64,000 nucleotides of DNA from Octopus sinensis (Eukaryota), in contig NC_043002.1 in NCBI RefSeq assembly GCF_006345805.1, forward strand, positions 76,570,001 to 76,634,000, written 5' to 3'. Below, in pieces: positions 1 to 12,980 of the stretch (positions are counted from its first letter, which is position 1; each line of letters begins with the position of its first letter). Both the position numbers and the translations under genes were made by a program. The notes under the pieces were generated by a model. It searched no databases. It was not told where the DNA came from and saw only the letters and a list, made by a program, of their open reading frames with translations.

Positions 1-492
1 AGAGCAAGAGAGTGAGAGAGCAAGAGAGAGAGCAAGTGAGAGGGAGAGAGCAAGAGGGGAAGAGACAGAAGGGAAGGAGAGAGAAATACAGAGAGAGGGA
101 ATGTGCGCGCGTGTGTGTGTGTGTGTCTATATTTTGCATGTCGCTGTCGACATGGCCAGCGGAGGTGGCAAAGATGATAAATATACAAACTAAGATGTCT
201 ATCTGACAGTTCTCAGTTACTCAGTTCAAAAATGCCGCCAGAGGTTGATAGTTAAGATTTATTTGATCAAAGATAGTCACACTAGGCCGAGTTCATAGGG
301 TGTCTTGTATCTGGTCGACGAACCGCTGGTTCGTGTTCTGAAACCGGTCTTGTGCAGTATTTCACAGAGAAAACACTTGGCTTTAAATTCAGTCAATTTA
401 GTTGTAAACAGATTGTTGTTGTTGCTTAACCTCAGATTAGCCCTGTTTAGATCCATGAATAAAACCTTTCCAGCCGCCACCATTATTATTCT

Positions 493-722
493 GCGAGCTG
501 GCAGAATCGTTAGCACGCCGGGCGAAATGCGTAGCCGTATTTCGTCTGCCGCTACGTTCTGAGTTCAAATTCCGCCGAGGTCGACTTTGCCTTTCATCCT
601 TTCGGGGTCGATTAAATAAGTACCAGTTACGCACTGGGGTTGATATAATCGACTTAATCCGTTTGTCTGTCCTTGTTTGTCCCCTCTATGTTAACCCCTT
701 GTGGGCAATAAAGAAATAAGAA
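493..722 (+). mobile_element. tRNA-derived SINE, family A (Octopus OK/OR-type; family name not verified)
   Basis: Head GCGAGCTGGCAGAATCGTTAGC with B-box GAGTTCAAATTCC, central CCTTTCATCCTTTCGGGGTCGAT..AAGTACCAG, tail ending AATAAAGAAATAAGAA; many copies in window. Confidence 0.85.
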
Positions 723-896
723 ACGTTAGCATGCCGGGCGAAATGCTCAGCTGTATTTCGTCTGCCGTTACGTTCTGCGTTCAAATTCCGCCGAGGTCAA
801 CTTTGCCTTTCATCCTTTCGGGGTTATGTACTGGTGTCGATCTAACCGACTGGCCACATCCTCCAAAATTTCGGGCCTTGTGCCTAGAGTAGAAAA

Positions 897-897
<1 letters not shown>
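723..897 (+). mobile_element. Family A SINE, head-truncated, alternative tail, in tandem with previous copy
   Basis: Starts ACGTTAGCATGCCGGGCGAAATGC; ends GGGCCTTGTGCCTAGAGTAGAAAA. Confidence 0.8.
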
Positions 898-956
<59 letters not shown>

Positions 957-2258
957 GAGTGAGAGAGCGGCGTATGCCATCAAACAGACACTGGGGTAAA
1001 ATATACGAAGCCCAGTATATCCATCATGATTACTCGTCTGATAAGGGTGCGCCAGGCAAATGAATCAGAAAGATATGTGCACGACATGGTGATCTCATAT
1101 CAAGATAAACAGTGTATAACCTTGCATGTAAAGCCCAATTGGAATTTTCTTCAGGCCAAGTAGCCCATCCGCTCAAAAGGTCACTGAATAAATGTTGTTT
1201 AAGTGTGTTGAACGAAGCACCAATGAATTATTCAAACCCAACAACTTCTGCTTGTGATCAAAGATGCACATATCATCAGCCACCAAGGGACATGCCCAAC
1301 TGGTTATGGCCAAACACCTGACAAGCAAATCTTTATTTATTGAAGCCCATATACATGACAACACTTCGAATCAGTTAAGATCAGAAGCCATCGGAGTTCT
1401 AGGCACTGGTCTTAATCCTGGCAGGATTTATGCGTGTGGAAGGTTACTAGATGTAACCTTAGGTATCCACAAGTTTTCAGCTGTCTTTCAGGTACTTATA
1501 ACCCTCCTGATAATCCTTGCTGTTCCTAAGAGACAAACTTTCTGTAGGAACTCTACCGGACATTCTATTCCAATCTCCTTTAACCATTTGTCTATATCTT
1601 TGCTTACTGTTCCCAACGCATCAATTATCACAGGCACAACCTTTACTGTTCTCATGCTCCAAATTCTTCCTATTTCAAATTTTAAGAGATTGTATTTTTG
1701 TTGTTGTTGTTTTTCGTCCTTTCTTTGCCATCCTGGAATCAAACGGGCTTGATGGGTCGATAACAAGCAACTTCGCTTTTCCTTATCTATAGTTATTATG
1801 TCCGGTCTATTATTTCCGTTTGAACAGAAAGGTCTCTCAAAATCTTACATTTCTCCGACTCCAGTACTCTTTTGACTCGATGATTGTAGCATGTGTTTCC
1901 AGCTTCAAATGCCCATTTTTGGCACAGTTTCCAGTGTAAAACTTTTACAACCTGGTCGTGCCTCTATTTCTTATATTCTTTCTGTGGCATCTTGGGACGT
2001 TCTTCCACAATTTATGCCACTGTCTCGTTCCAACTTCCACAGGTTCTACATTTTTCTCACACATTCTCTCCATATATATTTTTTCTCAAGTTGTTTGTTT
2101 TTATCGCTTGATCTTAGGCTGCTACAAAATAGGCTCTCTGTTTCTTTTGTCAATTGCCCCTTTTTCAACCAAGCCCAGCATTTTGTTCCACATATTTCTT
2201 CAGTGTCTCTCCAGAATATTGGCCATGCAGGGGTTTCTCTTCAATCTGTCTGACATGC
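957..2258 (-). mobile_element. R4/Dong-like RLE non-LTR retrotransposon, 5'-truncated, decayed
   Basis: Minus-strand translation gives KPLHGQY, DQAIKTN, KCRTCGSWNETV (zinc knuckle), RHDQVVKVLHWKLC, and KYNLLKFEIGRIW...VVPVIIDALGTV...LQKVCLLGTARIIRRV (RLE C-terminus); ~530-bp 3'UTR ending in (TAA)n. Confidence 0.85.
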
Positions 2259-2293
<35 letters not shown>

Positions 2294-2848
2294 GAGTGAG
2301 AGAGCAGTTCATGCCATCAAAGTGACACTGGGGTACAAATATACGAAGCCCAATATACCCATCATGACTACCCGTCTGATAAGGGTACACCAGGCACATG
2401 CATCACAACCATATGTGCGCGACATGGTGATCTCATATCAAGATAAACAGCGCATGACCTTGCAGGTGGGGCCCAGTTAGAATTTTCTTCAGGTTGAGTA
2501 GCCCATCCCACTCAAAAGGTCCCTGAATAAGGGTTGTTTAAGGATGTTGAAAGAACCACCCATGTTTCCAGAGGTGAACTATTCAAACCCCAAAGAATCC
2601 CTCTCAACACATGGCTATGATGCTCCCCCACTACTTCTGCTCGTGATCAGAGATGCACATATCGTCAGCCACTAAAGGACATGCTCAACTGGTTAAGGTC
2701 AAACAACTGCCAAGCAAATCTGTGGTATTGAGCAGAATATTTGCTGTAGCCCATCTTTTATACCAAGACAAAACAATGTACATGATAACACTTCCAATCA
2801 GTTAAGATCAGAAGCCATGAGAGCCACTGCCTGGTACTGCATCAGGGC
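2294..2848 (-). mobile_element. Second R4/Dong-like copy, 3'UTR only
   Basis: Colinear with 957-1480 (starts GAGTGAGAGAGC..ATGCCATCAAA); (TTA)n on both sides. Confidence 0.8.
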
Positions 2849-2861
2849 AATATTATTATTA

Positions 2862-2899
<38 letters not shown>

Positions 2900-3710
2900 G
2901 TTGTTGTTGTTGTTGTTGTTGTGTTGTTTTTAGGTATAATGTATCTATGACTTCATTACCTAGTATTATCGGACCTCCTCGGCGGCTGTCACAGGTTTGG
3001 AAATTTTAAAATTACATGAAAATTTTCAAGTTTGGTATATTGAGGTAATTTTTCACGCTGAATCTGAATTGATAATTCATCCAGACCCAGAAAAAAAAAA
3101 TGTTACGAAAGTTCAAAGTGTGATAATTTTTAGCCAATCAAAAAACAAGACTCGAAAGCCAGCATTTTCTGCTCGATATCTGTCTGTCACAAAATGATTC
3201 TCGTTAAAACTTGCAGTGGTGGTTGTGGTGGTGGAAATTCCACAAAGGTGCATGTACAGCGCCCTTGTTATTATGAAAATGAGGCAGACTACAGCTTTAC
3301 TTGTTACTATGGAAACAGACACTGATGTGAGATTTATGGCCATGTGTATAATGGTGGCTTCCGATTGGCTAAAATTACCCAAAATTTGCAAACTTTATAA
3401 GCTATTGACTTTTTATTTACTAATTTATGGCAAGAATTAATTTCATCTTCATAATTAGCATAACAAACAAAATCGGTATAACCCAATTTGAAAATAATTA
3501 GAACAAAATTAAGGAAAAAAAAATATATGACAGCAACCGAAAAGATTCATGTCCCCAATTATATTCATAATAAGGCTGTGATATGAGGGAGATTTGGCTA
3601 TCATTTTTAGCAGAATGAACAAAAGAAGTATGTTAGCGATTCCCAACTGTATCGTTATAAAGAGCTTCTTTTCTTTAAATGAATTTTCTTATGAACCCTA
3701 GTTTTTGAAA

Positions 3711-3750
<40 letters not shown>

Positions 3751-4540
3751 CCCCTCTCTCCCTCTTTCTCCCCAATAAGCCGATTTTATTAACAATTCGT
3801 AATTTTGTCTCACATTTGAAAGATATATGAAACCGTGCGAGACTTTAGCATTCATGTCTCGGCATATAATTTACTATCTGTCCCAAACAGATGTACACCT
3901 TCACCTCCTCAATTTCATCTCTTCTCACCACCACCCTGAATATATATACAAGTCAATATCTAAGGAAGAGCATAATGCAAGGATAGGGACTTCAGATTTT
4001 AGGACGAGTTCTTACACTAAAGGTAACTGATAGTACAAGCTGGTTGATGCTGCTTAGCATCAGACCTGCCCTGATCAAGCAGATCTTGTGATCAAAGATA
4101 TTCAGCCGTGACCATCCCTTCTAGGTTTCAGGTGTCAAGCACAATGAACTATAACATCAAATGTATCCTTCAGGCTATGGGGCGAAATTAGTTCGAAATT
4201 TTGCTGCTATTTCTAGCAGGTCGAGCGAACACATAAAGGATCTCTCACTGACTCGAAAGTTGTGGTGTAAAACTAGGTGGAGTTTTTGGAGCTCAACTTT
4301 TACAGGAAACAAGAATGATTTATAATTTCTTGTCTTGATAGAAAAGCATATTTGTACGAACGAAAGATTTACAATCAGTATCACACAAACGTACACTTAA
4401 AGTCTTTTGATCGGGTTTTTTAATGTTCACTATTTTTGTAAATCTCCACCTGTCTCGTGGTAGCATTACAAAGCAAGATATAAAGAAAATAACAGATGAC
4501 GACTGGTCTACAATATAATACAAATAGAACACAATGAATT

Positions 4541-4774
4541 TCTTTATTTCTTTATTACCCATTAGGGGCTAAACGTAGAGGGGACAAACAAGGACAGACA
4601 TAGGTATTAAGTCGATTACATCGACTCCAGTGCGTAACTGGTACTTAATTTATCGACCCCGAAAGGATGAAAGGTAAAGTCGACCTCGGCGGAATTTGAA
4701 CTCACAACGTAACGGCAGACGAAATACTGCTAAGCATTTCGCCCGGCGTGCTAACGTTCTGCCAGCTCGCCGCC
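4541..4774 (-). mobile_element. Family A SINE, full length
   Basis: Reverse complement of the 493-722 element including GGCGGCGAGCTGGCAGAA head. Confidence 0.85.
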
Positions 4775-5599
4775 TTTATGAATATATCTGTCTGTATGTA
4801 TGTATTTATGTGTGTATGTATGTATTATTTTGGTCTCAAGTCAAACGTTTGCTACACTGAGTGCCGCTTTGTGAGCGCTACTGGTAACATGTAATCCAGT
4901 ACAACTTGCTGCATGGTCGACTAAATTGGCAACTTCATTAAGCTTGCTTAGCAAAGAGGGTGATTGGTCATCCTGCAGAATGGAAATGAAAAATTTGTCA
5001 AAGGATGGATGAACTCATTAAACGTCATCGGTCATCTAATACTGTGTACACAAACTTGGACCTGTTATTTCTTATGAACAGCCGTAGCTTTTGCAGCAAT
5101 CATCAACAAACTGGTGACTTTGGTGCAGAAAACACACTGACTGCACAGAGGATTGGTACATTTTCAAAAATGGCCAGGCGCCACAGGTTCACTTAGCAGA
5201 GAACAATGGGAATGAGAACATTGGTATGGTGTACCCACCTTACTGGGAGTGAGTGATCCCTGTCCTTGTAGGATATTAGTCTAGCAGAAGGAAAATTCTT
5301 ATGTAAAACCTACGACTCGATGACAACTAATGATGTTGACTATTTCTTTTTGGCGAATCTGTCATCGTTGTTCAGACAGTGGAATTTGTTGTGTGCAAGG
5401 CCTCTCCGTGCACATACATTGCTTGACATACACGCATGTATGTGTGTCTGTGTATTGTTTAAAAAAAAAATTTTTTTAATTAAATGGGGTTGGGGTGGAG
5501 TGTCATGATTTTTACGTAAATATGTTGATGAAAAAAACTGCAAAATGAACTTTCAGGCTAATAAAATTCCTGACGGGTTGAACTTTTCAATAGATTAGG

Positions 5600-5960
5600 G
5601 TTTTCAAAGGACATTTACCGTAAAGGTGGAAACTGCTTGGTGTGATGGATTACATGTAGAGTAATAGATTGTATTTCTCTTGTTGGAAAGGTTTCTAGAA
5701 TCAAAATAGATAATAGTTTGCAAAAATATTTACAATAAGAGTAGCTTACTTTAATCGTATTTCTATTAAAAGTCTTATATCTACACCAGCAAATCCCAAC
5801 AACATCATTACCAACAACACTAGATTCAGCAATTGTTGGCACAGGGTATTCGATATACTTTACTGGTAATTTGCCAATGTTTTGAAAAATCTTGGATGTA
5901 TATCAATCCAGTTGTAATAGCTACAAACTGGATGACACAGCTCTTAATTGTTGAAATGCT
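5600..5960 (-). mobile_element. Decayed Penelope-like element ORF remnant (RT to GIY-YIG linker)
   Basis: ORF 5615-5842 contains YKTFNRNTIKVSYS, matching the recalled PLE motif KIFNRNTIKVSYSC; frameshifted PL-x-GKC follows. Confidence 0.5.
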
Positions 5961-6522
5961 TCTCTCTTAGCAGCTAAGTTGAATGTAATTCCTTAATCTT
6001 TACACAATATTATAGTTATCTGGTATTGTGATGTCGACTATCAGTAAACTATTGTCAATTTAGTTATGGAGAATGCTATCGAATCATCTGTCTATCTTGT
6101 ATTGTACAACATGTAGCAGAAGGATACCCACGTGCTTCAAAGAGGTAGTGTTCCTATTCTCGTTTCTTTTATTTTGCTTCTTACTCTATTGTGATAAATA
6201 GTTCGCCCGAAATGTTTGTCTATCTCTTTTCCTTTTTCTGCGTACTATTCACTGTGCGCAACTTTTCTTATTATTTTGTGTGCGTGCATGCACGCGCGCA
6301 TGTTCACATTTTCCCCATCACTTTTGTGCACCTGTGGTAAATTTTTACGTTGTTCCTCTGTCCATCTCTTATTTCCCTCGTTCCATTTCTTCTATTTCAC
6401 ATGTCTGCTATTGTACTTTTCTATTTTCACATATTTATTTTCTAAGACAGGTAAAGGTTCACACAAATTCCACTAAGTCTTTCTTTGCAAGAGTTGAAAT
6501 TAGGTGATTGGACACACACACA

Positions 6523-6572
<50 letters not shown>

Positions 6573-6906
6573 ACACACACACATACAGGGTTGGCCAAAA
6601 GTCAGCTGACAGTAAATCAAAACCATTTAATTCCAATATTTATTTACGCTTAACAACTGAATGAATTTAATAAAAGCACCTAAACATGAAGCATCATGTA
6701 AATATAAATATTAAAATTATGATTTAGGGTATCTAAGAGATACCACCACGCTGGCAATAGCAGCCAAAACTTGACTCTAAAAACCACATTTAATGTGGTT
6801 TTGGCTGCTATTTTAATAATGATTTATTACCTTTGAAGGTTTTTATTCCCATGCTGGCCACCTGATAAGATCGATATCTAAATAACAATCTTATCTTTAT
6901 CTATAA

Positions 6907-6941
<35 letters not shown>

Positions 6942-6945
6942 GCAT

Positions 6946-7195
6946 ATATGGGTACAGGACGTAACCAACTGTGTAAACAACATGAAGTACGAAAACAAAC
7001 GAGTTAAATATGCAAGCAACGAGAGGAAAACATGGAAAACAGGAAGGTAACACAAAGAACGACCTTTCATCAGTTGTCGGCTGTCAATCTACTCCTCATT
7101 TCGAGCATTGAACGATAATATGAGTCTTCGAAGACAGTTACTCCTATAAATTCCGAAATAAAATTTTGGATTTATGGAAACTCAAAGTAGGGTAC
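6946..7195 (-). mobile_element. Putative PLE-type terminal repeat fragment next to (TA)n
   Basis: Begins ATGGGTACAGGACGTAACCAAC; the first ~60 bp recur at 8420-8480; minus strand has CAGCCGACAACTGATGA. Confidence 0.4.
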
Positions 7196-7600
7196 AAAAA
7201 CAGGACAGTGGAAACATACATGGAAACCGAACGAAAACAAACATGAAAGGCCGTTAGACCAGACCGAGAGGAAAATAGTGAAGGTTGGGAGAAATATTTT
7301 CTTCGAAAAGAGAAAAGATAAGAAGAGAGTGATAGAAGACGTCCTGTCCTTAGAACGTCGTCCAGGAAAAGAAAGACAATCAGAAAGATGGACGATAGTC
7401 ACACGTGAGCAACGAGAGAAGGAAAAAGAGAAAGAGGGGAGAGAGATAGAGAGACAGATAGAAAATGGTAGAGGGGAAAAAAGGGAATTAGAGAAGGATG
7501 GGGGAGAAAATATAGAGTCGCATGAAAAAGGTTGAGATAAACTTACTTGGAAATGGATGCGTGGCGTTCGATTAAATAATAATATAAATGATATATATAT

Positions 7601-7715
7601 ACTAGCAGTATCGCCCGGTGTTGCTCGGGTTTGTAAGGGAAATAACTATATAAGCATTTTTAGGAAGTTATAGCCAAAAAATAGCAAAAAATGCATTAAA
7701 AATGGAAAAGAAATT
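7601..7715 (-). mobile_element. Helitron 3' terminus
   Basis: Minus strand ends CCCGAGCAACACCGGG (hairpin)-CGATACTG-CTAG-T, the hairpin+CTAG Helitron end. Confidence 0.6.
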
Positions 7716-7785
7716 ATGGTAAAAAAGATATATATATATATATACATCCATCCATACATCCATACATACATACATACATATATAT

Positions 7786-8399
7786 AGGGTAAATGTTTTT
7801 TTTAATTTTCTCCTGGTTTACAGAATTAATGTTATTTTGCGGTTGAAGCTTTTTGGCTGTTATTTCTAGTGGGTGAATGGCCTATTATGGCCGTTCCTTG
7901 ATTGTGATATTGAACTTAAAAATGGTTTATGACTATTTAATTTTTTCCCACTAGGCCGCTGGGGGCAAAAGAATTCTACAAAATTTTTTTGCCTCCCTAT
8001 ATTGATTAATTATGAATTTTCTGGTTAGTTCCGTAATGGAATCGGCGGCTTATATTTATTTGCTGCCGAAATTTGGCGCGAGTGCGACGATTTGAAAATT
8101 TTAGGTCAGATATTGGCGAGGCATGGACGTGAATGCCTCGTGAAAAATATCTGTTCCGATTTGGCTATTCCTTACTGATGAATCTAAGGGCCTATGGTAG
8201 ATTGGCTTGATTTAATTTAATCAGGTAGCTTACCATTAAACAGTAGACGAAACGGTGCATCGTATAAGGAATTTCAGGGTAAATGTTTTTTTAATTTTCT
8301 CCTGGTTTACAGAATTAATGTTATTTTGCGGTTGAAGCTTTTTGGCTGTTATTTCTAGTGGGTGAATGGCCTATTATGGCCGTTCCTTGATTGTGATAT
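7786..8399 (+). mobile_element. Retrozyme-like element: 1.25 tandem copies of a 490-bp monomer containing a hammerhead ribozyme
   Basis: Near-identical direct repeat 7786-7910 / 8276-8399 (one T indel); HHR at 8167-8272; several internal hairpins; microsatellite flanks. Confidence 0.75.
8167..8272 (+). ncRNA. Type I hammerhead ribozyme
   Basis: Stem I ATTCCTTA/TAAGGAAT (8 bp); CTGATGA 8175-8181; stem II (A)TCTA/TAGA(C) with extension; GAAA 8249-8252; stem III ACG-GTGCAT-CGT; GUA cleavage after 8264; A.C mismatch at 10.1-11.1. Confidence 0.8.
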
Positions 8400-8491
8400 A
8401 TATATATATATATATATGCATATATGGGTACAGGATGTCACCAACTGAGTAAACAACATGAAGTACGAAAACAAACGAGTTATATATATAT

Positions 8492-8543
<52 letters not shown>

Positions 8544-8589
8544 CAAGCGATGGTGCAGGGACAAACACAAGCGTAAACACACAAATATT

Positions 8590-8738
8590 ACATGTATATA
8601 GTTTCCGTCGACCAAATCCACTTAAGGCTTTGGTTGGCCCGAGGCTATAGTAGAAGACACTTGCCCAAGGTGCCACGCAGTGGGACTGAACCCAGAACCA
8701 TGTGGTTTGTAAGCAAGCTACTTACCACACAGCCACTC
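8590..8738 (-). mobile_element. Family B SINE head (CORE-like, OR2-type)
   Basis: Reverse complement of GGAGTGGCTGTGTGGTAAGTAGCTTGCTTAC..GGTTCAGTCCCACTGCGTGGCACCTTGGGCAAGTGTCTTC. Confidence 0.8.
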
Positions 8739-9559
8739 CTATATTATTTATATTACTACATTTTCTAATGTGTACTTCCATTTTTAAGACGCTAGAATGT
8801 ATAGAATAAGACGTGGCTGATATTTTCAGCAGGTCGAGCGACTATACACGCAGAGGCTCCTGTTTTGCTGATATTGTATTTTATCACTGTTCCTATTCTT
8901 GTGGTTGTTCTTGTTGCTGTCGGTTGTAAGCCGTTATTATTGCTGTTGTTGTTGTTGTTGTTGTTGTTGCTATTGTTACTGCTTTTGTTTGCTGATGTTG
9001 CTGTTGGTGCTGGTGCTGGTACAGCAGGTTGCTCCTGCTGGTACATGAACTCAAACACGGATATATGCCACGGCGCATGTATACGTACTGAAATCTCAAA
9101 TACGGATGTTAACAATGCAGAAACAAAAAAAAAAAATTTAATATTTTTTTAAAAAGCATAAAAATGAACAAAAAGAAAAGAAGAAAGAAAAGATGTACAG
9201 CAAAATGCAGAACAACAATAAATAAGTGACATAGGCTAGTGAAAGAAATTTTGAAATTGTAACACCCTTAGAAGTGCAGCGGAAGTGCAGCTGAAGTATT
9301 GCAAACGTGAAGTTGGTGCATCTTTTGTTTAAGCTATAGTGTGTGGATTTTCGCCGTTTTCAGGCTTTTGTACTCTCACAATGGTGGTTGCAGATGTCAA
9401 CAACGTACTTTTTTGTTCTTCAAGAGAAGACTTACAAGTAACGTTTCTTCATTTTCTTTTTTTTTTTTTATCTTAGCAGATGGAAGGCTGTTATTATAAA
9501 AACAACAACGAGACATAGAATAGATCTGTGTCTCTCCTTCTCACACTCTTTATCTCTTT

Positions 9560-9591
<32 letters not shown>

Positions 9592-9720
9592 TTTCTTTCT
9601 TTATTTCTTTCTTTCCTTCTTTCTTTTCTTTCTTTCATTCGTTCTTTTTCTTTCTTTCTTTTTCTTTCTTTTTGCCTATATATAGTGTGTTGCAATGTTC
9701 TTTATAAAATGGTATATATC

Positions 9721-9756
<36 letters not shown>

Positions 9757-9825
9757 TATATATATATATTATATATATATACATATATATATATACATAT
9801 ATATACCATATATATATATATACAT

Positions 9826-9879
<54 letters not shown>

Positions 9880-10010
9880 CATACATTATATATATATACA
9901 TACATAAATACATGCATATCTACAGATATATACATGCATACATACATATATATATTCATACCCACACACACACATTATATATATATATATTATACACACA
10001 CACATACACA

Positions 10011-10050
<40 letters not shown>

Positions 10051-10157
10051 GACAAGTATACAAACACATGGAATCGACTATTTGCATCTATATGTATTTG
10101 TGTATGCAAATGTTCGTTTATGAAACTATTTCTATGCATATATGTATATGATGTCAA

Positions 10158-10315
10158 GAGTGGCTGTGTGGTAGGTAGCTTGCTTACCAACCACATGGTA
10201 CCGGGTTCAGTCCCACTGCGCGGCACCTTGGGCAAGTGTTTTCTTCTATAGCCTCGGGCCGACCAAAGCCTTGTGAGTGGATTTGGTAGACGGAAACTGA
10301 AAGAAGCCCGTCGCA
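10158..10315 (+). mobile_element. Family B SINE head
   Basis: GAGTGGCTGTGTGGTAGG..GGTTCAGTCCC..CTTGGGCAAG..GGAAACTGAAAGAAGCCCG followed by microsatellite. Confidence 0.85.
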
Positions 10316-10329
10316 TAAATGTATACACA

Positions 10330-10390
<61 letters not shown>

Positions 10391-10391
10391 G

Positions 10392-10525
10392 TTTCACTGG
10401 TACTTAATTTATCGACCACGAAATGGTGAAAGGCAAAGTCGACCTTGGCGGAATTTGAACTCAGAACGTAGCGATGGGCGAAATACCGCTAACGACTCTA
10501 CCAGCTCGCCGCCTTGGTCTTTAAA

Positions 10526-10581
<56 letters not shown>

Positions 10582-10995
10582 AAAAAGACAATGTAATTCT
10601 TTCTACTATAGGCACAAGGCTTGAAATTTGGTGGGAGGAGGCCAGTCGATTAGATCGACCTCAGTACGCAACTGGTACTTAATTTATCGACTCCGAAAGG
10701 ATGAAAGGCAAAGTTCACCTCGGCGGAATTTGAACTCAGAACGTAGCGACGGGCGAAATACCTATTTCTTTACTACCCACAAGGGGCTAAACACAGAGGG
10801 AACAAACAAGGACAGACAAATGGATTAAGTCGATTATATCGACACTAGTGCTTAACTGGTACTTAATTTATCGACCCCGAAAGGATGAAAGGCAAAGTCG
10901 ACCTCGGCGGAATTTGAACTCAGAACGTAGCGACGGGCGAAATACCGCTAAACATTTGTCCAGTGTGCTAACGGCTCTGCCAGCTCACCGCCTTG
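10392..10995 (-). mobile_element. Cluster of three nested or partial family A SINEs
   Basis: Three GGTACTTAATTTATCGAC..AAGGCAAAGT..GGCGGAATTTGAACTCAGAACG blocks, separated by (AGT)n and alternative tails. Confidence 0.85.
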
Positions 10996-11027
10996 GTCTT
11001 TAAATAATAATAATAATAATAATAATA

Positions 11028-11058
<31 letters not shown>

Positions 11059-11504
11059 TACAATGTAATACTATATTCCTTAATGGAGTATGTTTGATAA
11101 AACAAGAGATAAAATGGACATCACAGGTTAGCATTTGACCATAAGTCTGCCTGATTTGGGTTGACCTTGGGCTAAACAACAACAATCTTCACCACCACCA
11201 CCACTACCAACACTACTCCACCACCCACAGCAATAACAACAACAACAACAACAGAAACAGCAGCAGCAGCAACAACAGCAACTATGTTATTCATTGAGAC
11301 ATATTTTATCATATCATACCATAGAATAAGCCAACAAAAAAAGCTGGCTAGAAAGATTAGCCAAATCTCCCTCAAATCATACACCACGTCCTTAAAATGA
11401 ATAATTGGATATAATGTGGTCCTGGGTTGTCAATGTGTAGGAAAAAGACGAGATAGTCACGGCTGGAAGCTTTTTTTCATCATTGGTTTGTTCAGTTAGA
11501 GCTA

Positions 11505-11657
11505 ACCAAAAACTGAACAACGACAACAGCAACTACTTCTGCTGCTGCTACTACTACCACTACTACTACTACTATTCCTGCTGCTGCTGCTGCTACTACT
11601 ACTACTACTACAACTACTACAACTACTACTACTACTACTACTATTACTACTACCACC

Positions 11658-11704
<47 letters not shown>

Positions 11705-11725
11705 CACTACTACTACTACTACTAT
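11505..11725. repeat. Compound trinucleotide repeat (CTA/CTG/CCA)n
   Basis: Direct reading; explains the poly-Y/V/S ORFs. Confidence 0.9.
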
Positions 11726-12392
11726 ATAGAAGAAACAAACGCAATGTACGTTATGATGACAATACTGTAAGACAGATAAGGTGGTAGTGATGGCGGAGGC
11801 GACGGCGGCAGCGGAGACGACGACGACGATGACGACGATGATTACGGTGATGAAAGAAGACGAAGATGAAGGCAAGTGAGGATAATCATCATTTTTATTA
11901 TCATGCATATCATTGTCGTCGTTGTCGTTAATTTGGTCGACACCAGTCTCCCCCCCCCTCTTCCTCCTCCACCTGCTCTTCATCATCTTCGTCTTCGTCT
12001 ATCTATATTCGGAATGTTGGTTCTAGTTAGAGCAGGAAGCAAACTGTCTTATATTATTACTCAGCCATTAGATTAGGTAAGAATATCTTTGTGAATAGAG
12101 AAAATTTACTTGATTGCAATAAAACAATGAGTTGGATGTTTTAAACCAACCAGGCTACAAGAGAATGGATCACAGATCTGGTTTTGTGATGAGTGAATAG
12201 AGAATAAATGATGGCGTCGATAAAAAGGTAACAAAAAACAAAAGACAAAGAAAGAAAGAAAGAAAAAAAAGAGGTGGGAAGATTGTGATAGACAGAGTTA
12301 AAGATAGATAAAGAATAAAGATAGATATAAAGACACGTTTTATACATACACACATGCACACACATTTATATATATATATACATATATACAAA

Positions 12393-12424
<32 letters not shown>

Positions 12425-12690
12425 TATATATAATATATTATATATATATATATATAAAAATACATATACATACATACACAACACACACATATATATCACA
12501 CGTAATGTTGGTAGTAATGAACAGAGAGAGAAGAGCATTACGCACATACCACATACACACACATACACATAATTCATACACAGCACAGTCAAATGAGCAG
12601 ATCTATGTTAGCAAAACACATATATACGCTCAGACATTGACGCGTACATACATATATATACAGTTATACAGAGGTACTGGTATATATATA

Positions 12691-12728
<38 letters not shown>

Positions 12729-12805
12729 GTGTGTGCGTGTGTGTGTACGTATATGTATACATACATGTATCTAAATAGTATATGTATATATATTAAGTAT
12801 AGTAG

Positions 12806-12853
<48 letters not shown>

Positions 12854-12943
12854 CATATATATGTAAGTATATGTGAGTGCATGTGTGTATGTGTGTGTAA
12901 GTATATGTGGTGGTGTGTGTATATATATATATGTAATGTGGGG

Positions 12944-12980
<37 letters not shown>

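Noticed and set aside
2620-2675. CTGACGA/CTGATGA in the Dong-like 3'UTR as a ribozyme
   Set aside because: Followed by GAAG rather than GAAA, with no valid NUH or stem I.
7040-7140. Hammerhead on the minus strand (CTGATGA)
   Set aside because: No GAAA follows the downstream stem, and stems I/III could not be paired.
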